NCBI RefSeq assembly: GCF_001194135.2 | Contig: NC_068996.1 | Span: forward strand, 47,035,405-47,099,404 | Direction: 5' to 3' | Length of the DNA stretch: 64,000 nucleotides | Source of the DNA: Octopus bimaculoides | Taxonomy: Eukaryota | In this document: positions 12,470-24,838 of the stretch, one piece after another | How the letters are laid out: each line of letters starts with the position of its first letter | Position numbering within the stretch: position 1 is the stretch's first letter | Program-made: the position numbers and the translations under genes | The notes under the pieces: model-generated | What the model was told of the DNA's origin: nothing | Seen by the model: only the letters and a program-made list of their open reading frames with translations | Database searches by the model: none

Positions 12470-12509
<40 letters not shown>

Positions 12510-13100
12510 NNNNNNNNNNNNNNNNNNNNNNNNNNNNNNNNNNNNNNNNNNNNNNNNNNNNNNNNNNNNNNNNNNNNNNNNNNNNNNNNNNNNNNNNNNN
12601 NNNNNNNNNNNNNNNNNNNNNNNNNNNNNNNNNNNNNNNNNNNNNNNNNNNNNNNNNNNNNNNNNNNNNNNNNNNNNNNNNNNNNNNNNNNNNNNNNNNN
12701 NNNNNNNNNNNNNNNNNNNNNNNNNNNNNNNNNNNNNNNNNNNNNNNNNNNNNNNNNNNNNNNNNNNNNNNNNNNNNNNNNNNNNNNNNNNNNNNNNNNN
12801 NNNNNNNNNNNNNNNNNNNNNNNNNNNNNNNNNNNNNNNNATATATATATATATATATATAAATGTATATGTATGTATGTATATACATATGTATGTATTT
12901 GTGTGCCTGTATCTGTCCACCACCATAACTTGACAACCAATGTTTGTATGTTTACATTCCCCGTAACTTAGCAACTCAGCAAAAGAGACCGATAGAATAA
13001 GTACCAGGCTTACAAAGAATAAGTCCTGGGGTTGATTTCTTCAACTAAAGGCAGTGCTCCAGCATGGCCACAGTCAAATAACTGAAACAAATAAAAGAAT
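12312..13100 (+). mobile_element. SINE family A, full length; internal (TA)n contains a gap
   Basis: Head ggctgtgtggtaagcttccaaccacatggttctgggttcagtccc; tail ...aaactgaaacaaataaaagaat. Confidence 0.85.
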
Positions 13101-13826
13101 GAAATTATTACATGATGTAGGTTGTGAAACAGCTGTAATTCTAAGGATGACACATGGTTAAATAAATATATTCACCTCTCATAACACCTGATTTTATATG
13201 GTTTACACACACACACACACATGCTACATACATACACAGTATACGTCAAAAAATGGCTGCAGATAAAGCTGAGTAGTTAAGAAGTTTGTTTTGTAATCAT
13301 GATATCCCTTCTTTGATCTCACTATGTGATATCTTAGGCAAGTTAATTGCTGGTAGGATTGTGCTTAATATGTAAAATTTGTATATCCAATTGTGTAACA
13401 TTGCTAAACTCAGTGGCTATTTAAGCAATATGTTCATGGATGATTAATGGATTGGATGTGTTACTGAAGAGGGAGCAATATCTCCTGAAATATGTATGTA
13501 CACCCGTTACCCATTTTGCTATATTCAATCACATTGTTTACATAGATGTAATCATATATAAAACATCGTAACTTTCAGTACTGGCTCTAATTTCTATAGA
13601 GAATCTGTAGAGATAACTTATCTGGTGCATTTATCATAGTCTCAATCTGGTCAAGCCTTGTGAAAGATTTGAGGAGCCAAGAGACTGTACGAGATCCCAT
13701 TGAATAGATTGTACATATAATTCAAAAGGTCTGGAGGTCCAATCTTACCACAAACACACACACACACACACACACACACGCACTCATCTATACATATCTA
13801 TATCTATACACATATATATATATACA

Positions 13827-13921
<95 letters not shown>

Positions 13922-13924
13922 CTA

Positions 13925-14110
13925 TAGGGAGAATTCACAAAAAAACAACACACAAAGACAGTTGGTGTTGAAAACAAGCAGATGTATTAGTATAATGCTC
14001 AGGAATTGAGAAAGTCTTTAATGTTTCGAGCCTACGCTCTTCCACAGAAAGGAACACAGAATGAAACAAGGTGAGAAAACATGTGTGTAGTGGTCAGCGA
14101 TCTATCATGG
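13925..14110 (-). mobile_element. PLE terminal-repeat-like element carrying a CUGUGGA hammerhead-like motif
   Basis: Homologous to 43945-44090 (+) and 4755-4875 (+). Confidence 0.6.
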
Positions 14111-14544
14111 CGAATGATATATATCTATATCTATATGTATCTATATGTTGACTCCCATGAATTTATTTTGTGGAAGTGTGTGGCTTGATAGTTGGCATGT
14201 TGGACCCATAATCATAAGATTGTGGTTTCAATTCCTGGACCAGGCAATGCATTATGTTCTTAAGCAAAATGCTTTCATTTCACTTTGTTCCGGTCCACTC
14301 ACCTTGCAAAAATGCGTAATCCTGTGATGTTTTAGTGTCTTATCCAGGTGGATAATTTATACGCCATGGAAACCATCCCTTATGAGTGGCCATAACTTTT
14401 TTATTTATGAATTCATGTGTAACTGGATAGATCTATTTATGGGCCCTGATGCTCAGACCATCAAAGAATTGGCTTAGAAAAAGTGGTTTAAAAATAATAA
14501 TCCTGAACTAGAATTTGTTCCTATCACAACATTCCATATGGCTG

Positions 14545-14886
14545 TCAGTCACCTTCTAGCACTTGTGCAGGTGGCATGTTAGAAAATCATTTGAGCGAGG
14601 TCATTGCCAGTGCCGCTGGACTGGCTCCCGTGAAGGTGGCACGTAAAAAACACCTTTTGAGCGAGGCCGTTGCCATTACCGTGTGACTGACCCTCATGCC
14701 GGTGGCACGTAAAAGTACCTACTACACTCTCAGAGTGGTTGGCATTAGGAAGGGCATCCAGCTGTAGAAACTCTGCCAGATCAGATTGGAGCCTGATGTA
14801 GCCATCTGGTTCACCAGTCCTCAGTCAAATCGTCCAACCCATGCTAGCATGGAAAGCAGACGTTAAATGATGATGATGATGATGAT
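14545..14886 (+). mobile_element. RTE-LINE 3'UTR / RTE-tail SINE (family D) ending in (GAT)n
   Basis: ...gtggttggcattaggaagggcatccagctgtagaaac...catgctagcatggaaagcagacgttaaatgatgatg. The same sequence lies downstream of the RTE ORF at 35107-36020, across a gap. Confidence 0.8.
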
Positions 14887-15842
14887 GAAATCAAATCGCT
14901 GAAATCTTTAGCACACATGCTTGAATTGTGCCTTCTATTTACTCCCACATGATCTGTTATCTCCAGCTACATCATGGCTGGTGCACCAAGGAAAAAAAAT
15001 TGGTTTGAATACCAATTGAAAACCTCTTTGTGGTGGAATGACATCAACTCTTCAAGAGTGGAAGCTATCGTTACCGATATCCTTACCTGCTTTCACTTTG
15101 GCAGTGTCAACTGTTGAAGGAGGATTGAAGATATGGTAAAGAAACACACAATACACTCAACACTACCAGGAGAAGCTAGAAAAATGGTATCCAAGTAGAA
15201 TAATAATTGGTATTTTCAACTAAACATTCATGTGTCATGTCTGTGATTGAAGCTGCAGGATTCGGAACGCAAAACCTCAAAAGCATTCACAATTGAAGAT
15301 GATGGTCAACATATAATTCGTTGGACGACCACAAGCATACAATAAAAAAATATGTACATATATGTGTGTGTGTTTCAGGATTTATGTGTATGCATGTCTG
15401 TAAATGTGTGTATGCGTTTGTTTATATAACTTACAATATAATTTGAAAACTGTGTCTCAGAATCAATAAACATGATAAGGGATAAAAAAAATTGTGAATC
15501 AGCTTAGCTTAGGGATATATTTTTTTCTTTTTTTTTTCTTTTTTTTTCTTTTTTTTTTTTTTGCCTTTTTTCTTTTCTTAATCTACTTAAATATGATTGG
15601 CTGATTCTAAACTTTGAATTATTGATTGCTTAACGAAGCTGTACAACACAGCATGGTAACTGCAGTAATTTACATTCATGGAACATTACATGTTAAGTGT
15701 GGGATGTTTAATTACTGTGCTTCTCTCTTCAAGCATGTTTCAGTTTGCTTTTGGAAAATTATATAGATATATTTTTTTCATAGATGTTATTGTAAAACAT
15801 AATATACAACAAGAGTATTTCTGTCTCCCACTCACTTCCTTC

Positions 15843-15881
<39 letters not shown>

Positions 15882-16009
15882 GTATATACACATACAAACA
15901 CATGCACAAATACATACATTGTAAGTATATGCGTGTGTGTGTGTGTGTATACTTATAAGAATATATGTGTATGGAAAATATGATGGGCGTCAGAAGTTTG
16001 ATATTTATA

Positions 16010-16143
16010 ACATCATCGTCGTCGTCGTTGTCGTCATCACAATCATCATCATCAATCATCATCATCATCACAATGACCATCTTCATCATCATTATCATCA
16101 TCATCATTGCCATCATCATCACCATCACCATCACCGTCATCGT

Positions 16144-16175
<32 letters not shown>

Positions 16176-16225
16176 CAATCACCATCATCGACTTCATCAT
16201 CAACATCGTCCTTACAATCATCAGT

Positions 16226-16265
<40 letters not shown>

Positions 16266-16275
16266 GTACAATGAC

Positions 16276-16319
<44 letters not shown>

Positions 16320-16465
16320 ACATCATCATCACAATCACCATCATCGACTTCATCATCAACATCGTCCTTACAATCATCAGTATCATCATCATTATCATCA
16401 CAATCAGCACCACCACCACTGCTGCCGCCACCACGACGACCACCATGACCACCACCACATCATCA
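16010..16465. repeat. (CAT)n/(CAC)n trinucleotide tract with internal 156-bp higher-order duplication
   Basis: acaatcaccatcatcgactt...ccttacaatcatcagtatc begins at both 16175 and 16331. Confidence 0.9.
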
Positions 16466-18489
16466 ATCGTCAGTGACGACCACCTTTTGCATGCTTACGT
16501 GTGTAGGTTGGAATTTATTGAAACAGGTTTTCCTTGGCTGGATGCTGTTGGTATCACCAGTTCCTAACTGTTTCCAAGCAAAGTAACGTTTCCCCATGGC
16601 CAGACATGGTTCTTGCAGCAGAATATTNNNNNNNNNNNNNNNNNNNNNNNNNNNNNNNNNNNNNNNNNNNNNNNNNNNNNNNNNNNNNNNNNNNNNNNNN
16701 NNNNNNNNNNNNNNNNNNNNNNNNNNNNNNNNNNNNNNNNNNNNNNNNNNNNNNNNNNNNNNNNNNNNNNNNNNNNNNNNNNNNNNNNNNNNNNNNNNNN
16801 NNNNNNNNNNNNNNNNNNNNNNNNNNNNNNNNNNNNNNNNNNNNNNNNNNNNNNNNNNNNNNNNNNNNNNNNNNNNNNNNNNNNNNNNNNNNNNNNNNNN
16901 NNNNNNNNNNNNNNNNNNNNNNNNNNNNNNNNNNNNNNNNNNNNNNNNNNNNNNNNNNNNNNNNNNNNNNNNNNNNNNNNNNNNNNNNNNNNNNNNNNNN
17001 NNNNNNNNNNNNNNNNNNNNNNNNNNNNNNNNNNNNNNNNNNNNNNNNNNNNNNNNNNNNNNNNNNNNNNNNNNNNNNNNNNNNNNNNNNNNNNNNNNNN
17101 NNNNNNNNNNNNNNNNNNNNNNNNNNNNNNNNNNNNNNNNNNNNNNNNNNNNNNNATGATGATGATAATGAGGAGGAAGAGGAGGAGGAAGGTGGTGGTG
17201 GTGGTGGTGGTTGGTGCTTGGTTCTCCCAAGTGGGACTGAACCTGGAACCATGTGGTTCGAAAGCAAGCTTCCTAACCACACGATCATGTCTACCCCTTG
17301 CGTTACACATTCAACACACACACACACGTGTGTGTTGAATGACCGCAACAAACACAACTACTACCACCACTACCACCACCACCACCACCACTACCACCAC
17401 CACCACCACCACCACCACTAAAATGGTCCATCTCAGCAATATGGCCCAAATGACCCACTGCAATATGGTTCTTGACCACATTCTTTACTAGATTCTTGCT
17501 GGCATCTACTCAGATACTTTTTGCGTCTGCCAGTTGTGAATATGTGAGCAAGTTTAAGAAGCTTTTAAACCATTCCTTCTTATCCTGCTAATCCGACAAT
17601 CCCAGTATGCACCTAAAGTTCCATTCCGGTAAAATGTCATTCGGTGGTATTATCATTATTTTCTTTCTTCGTTAGTGGTCATTGTCAACAGAAGCAGCAG
17701 CAGCAGCAGCACCAACCTCCACCACCACCACCACCACCGCCACTGCCACCNNNNNNNNNNNNNNNNNNNNNNNNNNNNNNNNNNNNNNNNNNNNNNNNNN
17801 NNNNNNNNNNNNNNNNNNNNNNNNNNNNNNNNNNNNNNNNNNNNNNNNNNNNNNNNNNNNNNNNNNNNNNNNNNNNNNNNNNNNNNNNNNNNNNNNNNNN
17901 NNNNNNNNNNNNNNNNNNNNNNNNNNNNNNNNNNNNNNNNNNNNNNNNNNNNNNNNNNNNNNNNNNNNNNNNNNNNNNNNNNNNNNNNNNNNNNNNNNNN
18001 NNNNNNNNNNNNNNNNNNNNNNNNNNNNNNNNNNNNNNNNNNNNNNNNNNNNNNNNNNNNNNNNNNNNNNNNNNNNNNNNNNNNNNNNNNNNNNNNNNNN
18101 NNNNNNNNNNNNNNNNNNNNNNNNNNNNNNNNNNNNNNNNNNNNNNNNNNNNNNNNNNNNNNNNNNNNNNNNNNNNNNNNNNNNNNNNNNNNNNNNNNNN
18201 NNNNNNNNNNNNNNNNNNNNNNNNNNNNNNNNNNNNNNNNNNNNNNNNNNNNNNNNNNNNNNNNNNNNNNNNNNNNNNNNNNNNNNNNNNNNNNNNNNNN
18301 NNNNNNNNNNNNNNNNNNNNNNNNNNNNNNNNNNNNNNNNNNNNNNNNNNNNNNNNNNNNNNNNNNNNNNNNNNNNNNNNNNNNNNNNNNNNNNNNNNNN
18401 NNNNNNNNNNNNNNNNNNNNNNNNNNNNNNNNNNNNNNNNNNNNNNNNNNNNNNNNNNNNNNNNNNNNNNNNNNNNNNNNNNNNNNNNN

Positions 18490-18527
<38 letters not shown>

Positions 18528-18901
18528 GATTAGTTTTCATATTATTTTTATTTTCAAATACTTCACTCAGTGAAGAAGGAATTTGTTTCAAATTGTATTT
18601 CTTTTTCCTTATTTTCATTGTTTCATTCCTTCACTGGAAAATGTAAAAAAAAAAAAAAAAAAAATCAATTATTAAAATTAAAAAAAATGACTTATTAATA
18701 CTATATTTGATTCCAACGATTGTAAGTGTTAGTGCCAAAACAAATTGGATTGCTATTTTTATAGAATACCAATTAATCACCGTCACTCAATATGAAGACA
18801 TACGATTCATAGACACTCAGGTCACAGACATTCAATTCACAGAACTCAGAAGATAGATGTTTAATTAACAGATAATTGCCAAACAAATAAAATCTAATTA
18901 A

Positions 18902-19753
18902 CCCTTTGGTTACCATTTTAATGTTGAACTATACTCTCTTTATTTCAATTAATTTTGGAAACAATAAAGAATTTACTATACTAAAATATCTTGGCCATTG
19001 ACTATGCTGGTAAATGGGGAATATATTAGTACTGAATTTTATTGGGAAAGTTTAAGCAGAATTGGTCTTTGACAGGTTGGTATCAAAAGCATCAACCCTC
19101 CAATATTCCGATTATTTTACCAAATGTAATGCTTATTTCTTCATATTGTTTTGAATAAATCATGGATTATCTTGTATCTTTGAGACTCTGATGCGATTGC
19201 TTAGTTTCAGAAAGACATTGCCTGGTAGGCCAGAACCGGCCAGATTTGACCAGTTTGAATATAAAACAGAATATTTTGAATTTGGCCAGTTTAAATGATA
19301 AAAGATCAACACTCCAATATTCAGATTATTTTACCAAATCTAATGCTTATTTCTTCACATTGTTTTGAATAAATCATGCATTATTCTTATAGCTTTGAGA
19401 TTTTGATGATGTGATTGTTTAGTTTTAGATTGATTAGTTTAGTCTGGTGGGCCAGAACTGACCAGATTTGACCAGTTTGAACATAAAACAGAACATTTAG
19501 GATATGGCCAGTTTAAATGCTAAAGGGCCAACCCTATTAATATTTAGATTACTTTGTCAAATGTAATCCTTATTTGTTCACATCGTTTTCAATTAATCAT
19601 GCATTATCTTAGAGCTTTGAGATTTTGATGATTCAACTATTAATTTTTAGAATGATATTGTAGGATTGGTGTGAGAGGCCTGATCTGACCAGTTTGAACA
19701 TAAAACATCTGAAATATTTTGGGCCTGTTATGACTGGGTTAAATGCTAAAAGG
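18902..19753. mobile_element. Head-to-tail array of four TTAA-type (piggyBac-like) MITEs
   Basis: Junctions TTAA(18898), TCAA(19092), TCAA(19306), CCAA(19528), TTAA(19754); termini CCCT...AAAGGG-like; three ~210-222 bp units are homologous. Confidence 0.65.
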
Positions 19754-21653
19754 TTAAATGCAGTTTCAGTGTGGAAAAGATAAATAAATGAATGAACAAC
19801 ATTATTGATACAAAAGTATTTAAACTGCTACTTTGTTGTTTACAACAACAACAACAACAAGATTTCCATTTGATCCAATCAACAGAATAGCCTGCTCATG
19901 AAATTAACATGAAAGTGGTTGAGCCCTCTACAGACACATGTAACCTTAATGTAATTTCTCAGAAGATGAGCAAAATCACAGTCATGGCAGATACCGGTGT
20001 CAATCCCACTGAATTAAGCCGGGTACCAGGTGGCCATTTTAATCTGATACTGCTTCTCTTGCATACGATAAAATGATTATAGGTGGTTCTACCTGGTAGT
20101 TCTGCTGGGCTGGACATGTTGCAAGGTTCACAGACAACAGGTGGACTTGTGCAGTTGCTGAGTGGTATCCAAGACATCAGAAAAAGACCCCACTTGGAAG
20201 GCTTCCATGATGATGGGAAGATGATCGAGTTAAGAAATTTGGGTTTAGATGGAAAAGAACGACACAATCAAGACAGAATTGGAAGTGCATTGTGGCAAGC
20301 GGTGTATATCAGAATCTGATGGTCTGGTCAATGCTGTGATACTGTGATATGCCAGAGAAAACTGGTTGATTGACCCTTTGAGTCTATGGACCTGTTTTAG
20401 CATTTGTTTCATTTTATTTATTTTTTTGCTTACTATGAAACATTTTTCATCAGTATCATCATCATTATCGTCATTGTTTAACATCCAACTTGGTAACTCC
20501 TATTAGTAAATGAAACATGTGTAATGGTGAATAACTAATAGCAAAAAATTTCCACTTTCCTGTTTTATTATATGTGTATAGGCTTCTTTCAGTTTCTATC
20601 TACCAAGTTCATTCACAAGTTAACCCAAGGCTGTTGTAGAAGACACTTGCTGAAGGAGCCATGCACTGGGACTGAAACTAGAACCATGTGGTTGGAAAGC
20701 AAACTTCTTACCATATGACTATGCCTGCACCTTGTATTATATATGTTTTTAATTTATACTTTTGATTATTTAAAGCAATTTCAAGGGTACATCTTATCAT
20801 AATCCTTGTTAATAATTTCTGATAGTGATTAACATTAAAGTAAGAAGGTGGGTTCTATGTAGTCAATCAATATGTTAGAAATAGCAGTCAAATCTCCATA
20901 AAGTGATATGCTAAAATTCTAAAACAGAAAGAACACATTGTATAATGTACTCCTTGATACACTTGTGTAGGAAATTGACTGCTTGATCCAGTATGACCTA
21001 GGGTTAAATAACACAATGCTACATGTGCACCACTATATGCACCATTACCAAACACCAACAACATTACCCAAAACACCCTCAGCATGAGAACTCAAGATGG
21101 TAGCCTCTATTTATTTACTTGACTACTTGACCTTCTAGAAATAGCAATCAAATCTCTCTTAAATCATATCTACCATCTTTGAGAAGGGCACATTGAAAAT
21201 GGGTAACCTTCACTAAGAAAAGTGATATGATGCTTTGGTCATGTGTTTGCTTAATCAAGGTTGACCCAGAAGGGCTAAACAACATCAGTGACAAAAACCT
21301 ATTTCTTCTTTTAGCTGCTTGGTGTTTTTCTCTTTTCATCATTCTTCTTTCTTTAGTCTTTAATCTTTCTTCATTCATCAAACCAATCAAATAATCTCAT
21401 CTGTCATAAGTAAATCCCGCAAATTGCTGCAAGGCGAAAAAATTCAGAGATCTCTGAAATATTTGCACAACGGTTAAAGTGTCAGACAAAATACTTTGTG
21501 GCATATTTAGTAATGGCTCTTTAGGCTTTTGAATTCAGTTTCCACTAAGGTGGGTGTGAGATGCTTTGGTTCAACCATTTTGGTGCCACTTGTTTGGCAT
21601 TTTAATGTTTCTTGCTCTCTCTCTCTCTTTTTCTATCTCTCTATCTATATATG

Positions 21654-21711
<58 letters not shown>

Positions 21712-22921
21712 NNNNNNNNNNNNNNNNNNNNNNNNNNNNNNNNNNNNNNNNNNNNNNNNNNNNNNNNNNNNNNNNNNNNNNNNNNNNNNNNNNNNNNNNN
21801 NNNNNNNNNNNNNNNNNNNNNNNNNNNNNNNNNNNNNNNNNNNNNNNNNNNNNNNNNNNNNNNNNNNNNNNNNNNNNNNNNNNNNNNNNNNNNNNNNNNN
21901 NNNNNNNNNNNNNNNNNNNNNNNNNNNNNNNNNNNNNNNNNNNNNNNNNNNNNNNNNNNNNNNNNNNNNNNNNNNNNNNNNNNNNNNNNNNNNNNNNNNN
22001 NNNNNNNNNNNNNNNNNNNNNNNNNNNNNNNNNNNNNNNNNNNNNNNNNNNNNNNNNNNNNNNNNNNNNNNNNNNNNNNNNNNNNNNNNNNNNNNNNNNN
22101 NNNNNNNNNNNNNNNNNNNNNNNNNNNNNNNNNNNNNNNNNNNNNNNNNNNNNNNNNNNNNNNNNNNNNNNNNNNNNNNNNNNNNNNNNNNNNNNNNNNN
22201 NNNNNNNNNNNNNNNNNNNNNNNNNNNNNNNNNNNNNNNNNNNNNNNNNNNNNNNNNNNNNNNNNNNNNNNNNNNNNNNNNNNNNNNNNNNNNNNNNNNN
22301 NNNNNNNNNNNNNNNNNNNNNNNNNNNNNNNNNNNNNNNNNNNNNNNNNNNNNNNNNNNNNNNNNNNNNNNNNNNNNNNNNNNNNNNNNNNNNNNNNNNN
22401 NNNNNNNNNNNNNNNNNNNNNNNNNNNNNNNNNNNNNNNNNNNNNNTACATATATACATCCATACATACACATGTACATTATGATGGGCTTCTTTTAGTT
22501 TCTGTCAACAAAATCCACTCACAAGTGTTTTGGGCTGCCCCAGGCTACAGTAGAAGACACTTGCCCAAGGTGTCATGTAGTGGGACTAAACCCAGAATCA
22601 CGTGGTTGGGAAGGAAGCTTCTTACCACACAGTCACGCCTGCACCTATGCCTGTGAGTTTATAATCGCAAGGAAGACAACCAAATTAAGAATACCACAGT
22701 GGAGGAGGTGGGTTAGACGAGGCATTTTGACGCCTTCCACCTGAAAATGCTTTCCTTTAGATTAAGGCAAGAAATAAAATAAACTAAACCAATATATATA
22801 TATAAATAAATCAATAGATAAATAGAATGAAATAAGACCAAATTGTTTCTTTTCCTCTATTGGAACTAAATTAACAGATGCTATTGATAGGAATCTGGCA
22901 GTCTTTCATGCAATAGTAATA

Positions 22922-23078
<157 letters not shown>

Positions 23079-23489
23079 TGCAGGAATAACAACGGTGGTT
23101 TCTAATTTAAGTTCAAAGCTGTAAATTTTGGCAAGCTGGCACTTGTTTGATTGGATTGATCCAAGTATTTGACTCATACTTAATTTTATTGACTCTCGCT
23201 TTATTTTATTGTTCCATCTATTATTTAACATGTGCAGCATGTTAAATGATAGATGGAACACACTATCCAAACCTCTTACCAGCGACTGTTGCCCAGAGTT
23301 GCTTTACCTGATTCACCCAATTAAATAATATCAATGCTACCTACATAACATTCCAAATTGTTAATCATTAGACTATCAGATTACTTCCTACTGCTGGCTT
23401 TCTTAGATATCCGATCTGGTACTAGGTGTAGTTTATTATATAACTCCCTCTTCCTTTGAACTCCTTAAAGTTAAGTAGTACACTATTAT

Positions 23490-24090
23490 TACTAACAAAA
23501 AACTGTGTATACTCCATCCCATGCAGCTGTGGTAGGTTATACAAAGGCGAAACATGCCGCCCCCTCAAAATAAGGGTAGAAGAACATCGCAAAGCTGTGA
23601 CACGAGGAGATATTGATAAATCAGGTATAGCTGATCATGTATGGAAAAATGGAGACCACCTCCCCCTGTGGGATGATGTTAAAATAATAAACAGAGAACA
23701 CCACTGGGAAATACGAAAACTAAAAGAAGCAGCACATATGCTAGGACACAACAACCTCCTAAGCAGGCCGAGTGCAGATAAGAATAGCACATGGGAACCG
23801 GTGTTAAGGAAGGATAGGAAAATATTAGATTTATTAGCCCTAAAATTCACTCTATAATTGCCCATGGACATATGGCGTAGTGGTTAAGAACGCAGGCTGA
23901 ATAATAGTAATAATAATATTAATAATAATAATAACTATAACTTCAAAAAATACCTTAGGAATGAGAACCCAGGTTCAAAATTTCCCCATGACACCTGATG
24001 AAGGTTGGAGGGTATATCAGCCGAAACGTTATGAGGATAAACAAAATGAGGACAAATATCCATTAAATGAAAATAATGTAGATAATGTAT
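23490..24090 (+). mobile_element. Penelope-like element 3' end: GIY-YIG endonuclease C-terminus plus terminal repeat
   Basis: KNCVYSIPCSCGRLYKGETCRPLKIRVEEHRK...SGIADHVW...EHHWEIRKLKEA is a PLE GIY-YIG with C-x-C and H...H; followed by A/B-box-like motifs and a hammerhead core. Confidence 0.85.
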
Positions 24091-24421
24091 TACTACTAGG
24101 TATTTCCTTTCCAGGCAAACATGCCCTCATATTACAAGTGGTCTCCATTAGCCCCATATAACATTTCATATCTAAAACAACATCCTACATCTTTCCCCTT
24201 TACCAGGTAAATCAATCATGCATAACACTACAATTCCTTAACATTTGGAACTTATCATTTGATTGCCTTCGTACTCTCCCCCAACATTCAACCTATATCC
24301 ACAGAATACCCCTAAATTCTGTGAATCTCTGCCCTCCTCCCTTTGTTCTTTACCCTTAGTTAGTGAATCCTAATCCCCAACTCTATACCCAATTGACTTT
24401 ATTTATGCTCTTACTCTCTGT

Positions 24422-24838
24422 TTTACTCTTTTACTTGTTTCAGTCATTTGACTGTGGCCATGCTGGAGCACCGCCTTTTAGTCAAGCAAATCGACCCCAG
24501 GACTTATTCTTTGTAAGCCTAGTACTTATTCTATCGGTCTCTTTTGCCGAACCGCTAAGTTACGGGGACGTAAACACACCACCATCGGTTGTCAAGCAAT
24601 GTTGGGGTGACAAACACAGACACACAAACACATAGACACATACATATATATATATATATATACATATATACGATGGGCTTCTTTCAGTTTCTGTCTACCA
24701 AATCCACTCACAAGGCTTTGGTCGGTGCGAGGCTGTAGTAGAAGACACTTGCCCAAGGTGCCACGCAGTGGGACTGAACCTGGAACCATGTGGTTGGTAA
24801 GCAAGCTACTTACCACACAGCCACTCCTGCACCTATGC
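24422..24838 (-). mobile_element. SINE family A, full length and little diverged
   Basis: Complete head, central part and tail with retained CpGs. Confidence 0.9.

Noticed and set aside
15090-15335. Possible cryptic exons (ttggcag|...|gtaaag; LQDSERKTSKAFTIEDDGQHIIRWTTTSIQ*)
   Set aside because: No recognisable homology and not needed to complete ABHD11.
17480-17640. Minus-strand reading frame QDKKEWFKSFLNLLTYSQLADAKKYLSRC
   Set aside because: Short, with no recognisable family or supported splice structure.
23872-23985. Intron-containing tRNA gene
   Set aside because: A and B boxes are present but there is no cloverleaf or acceptor stem, and the spacer is (TAA)n; treated as a PLE-associated promoter-like motif instead.
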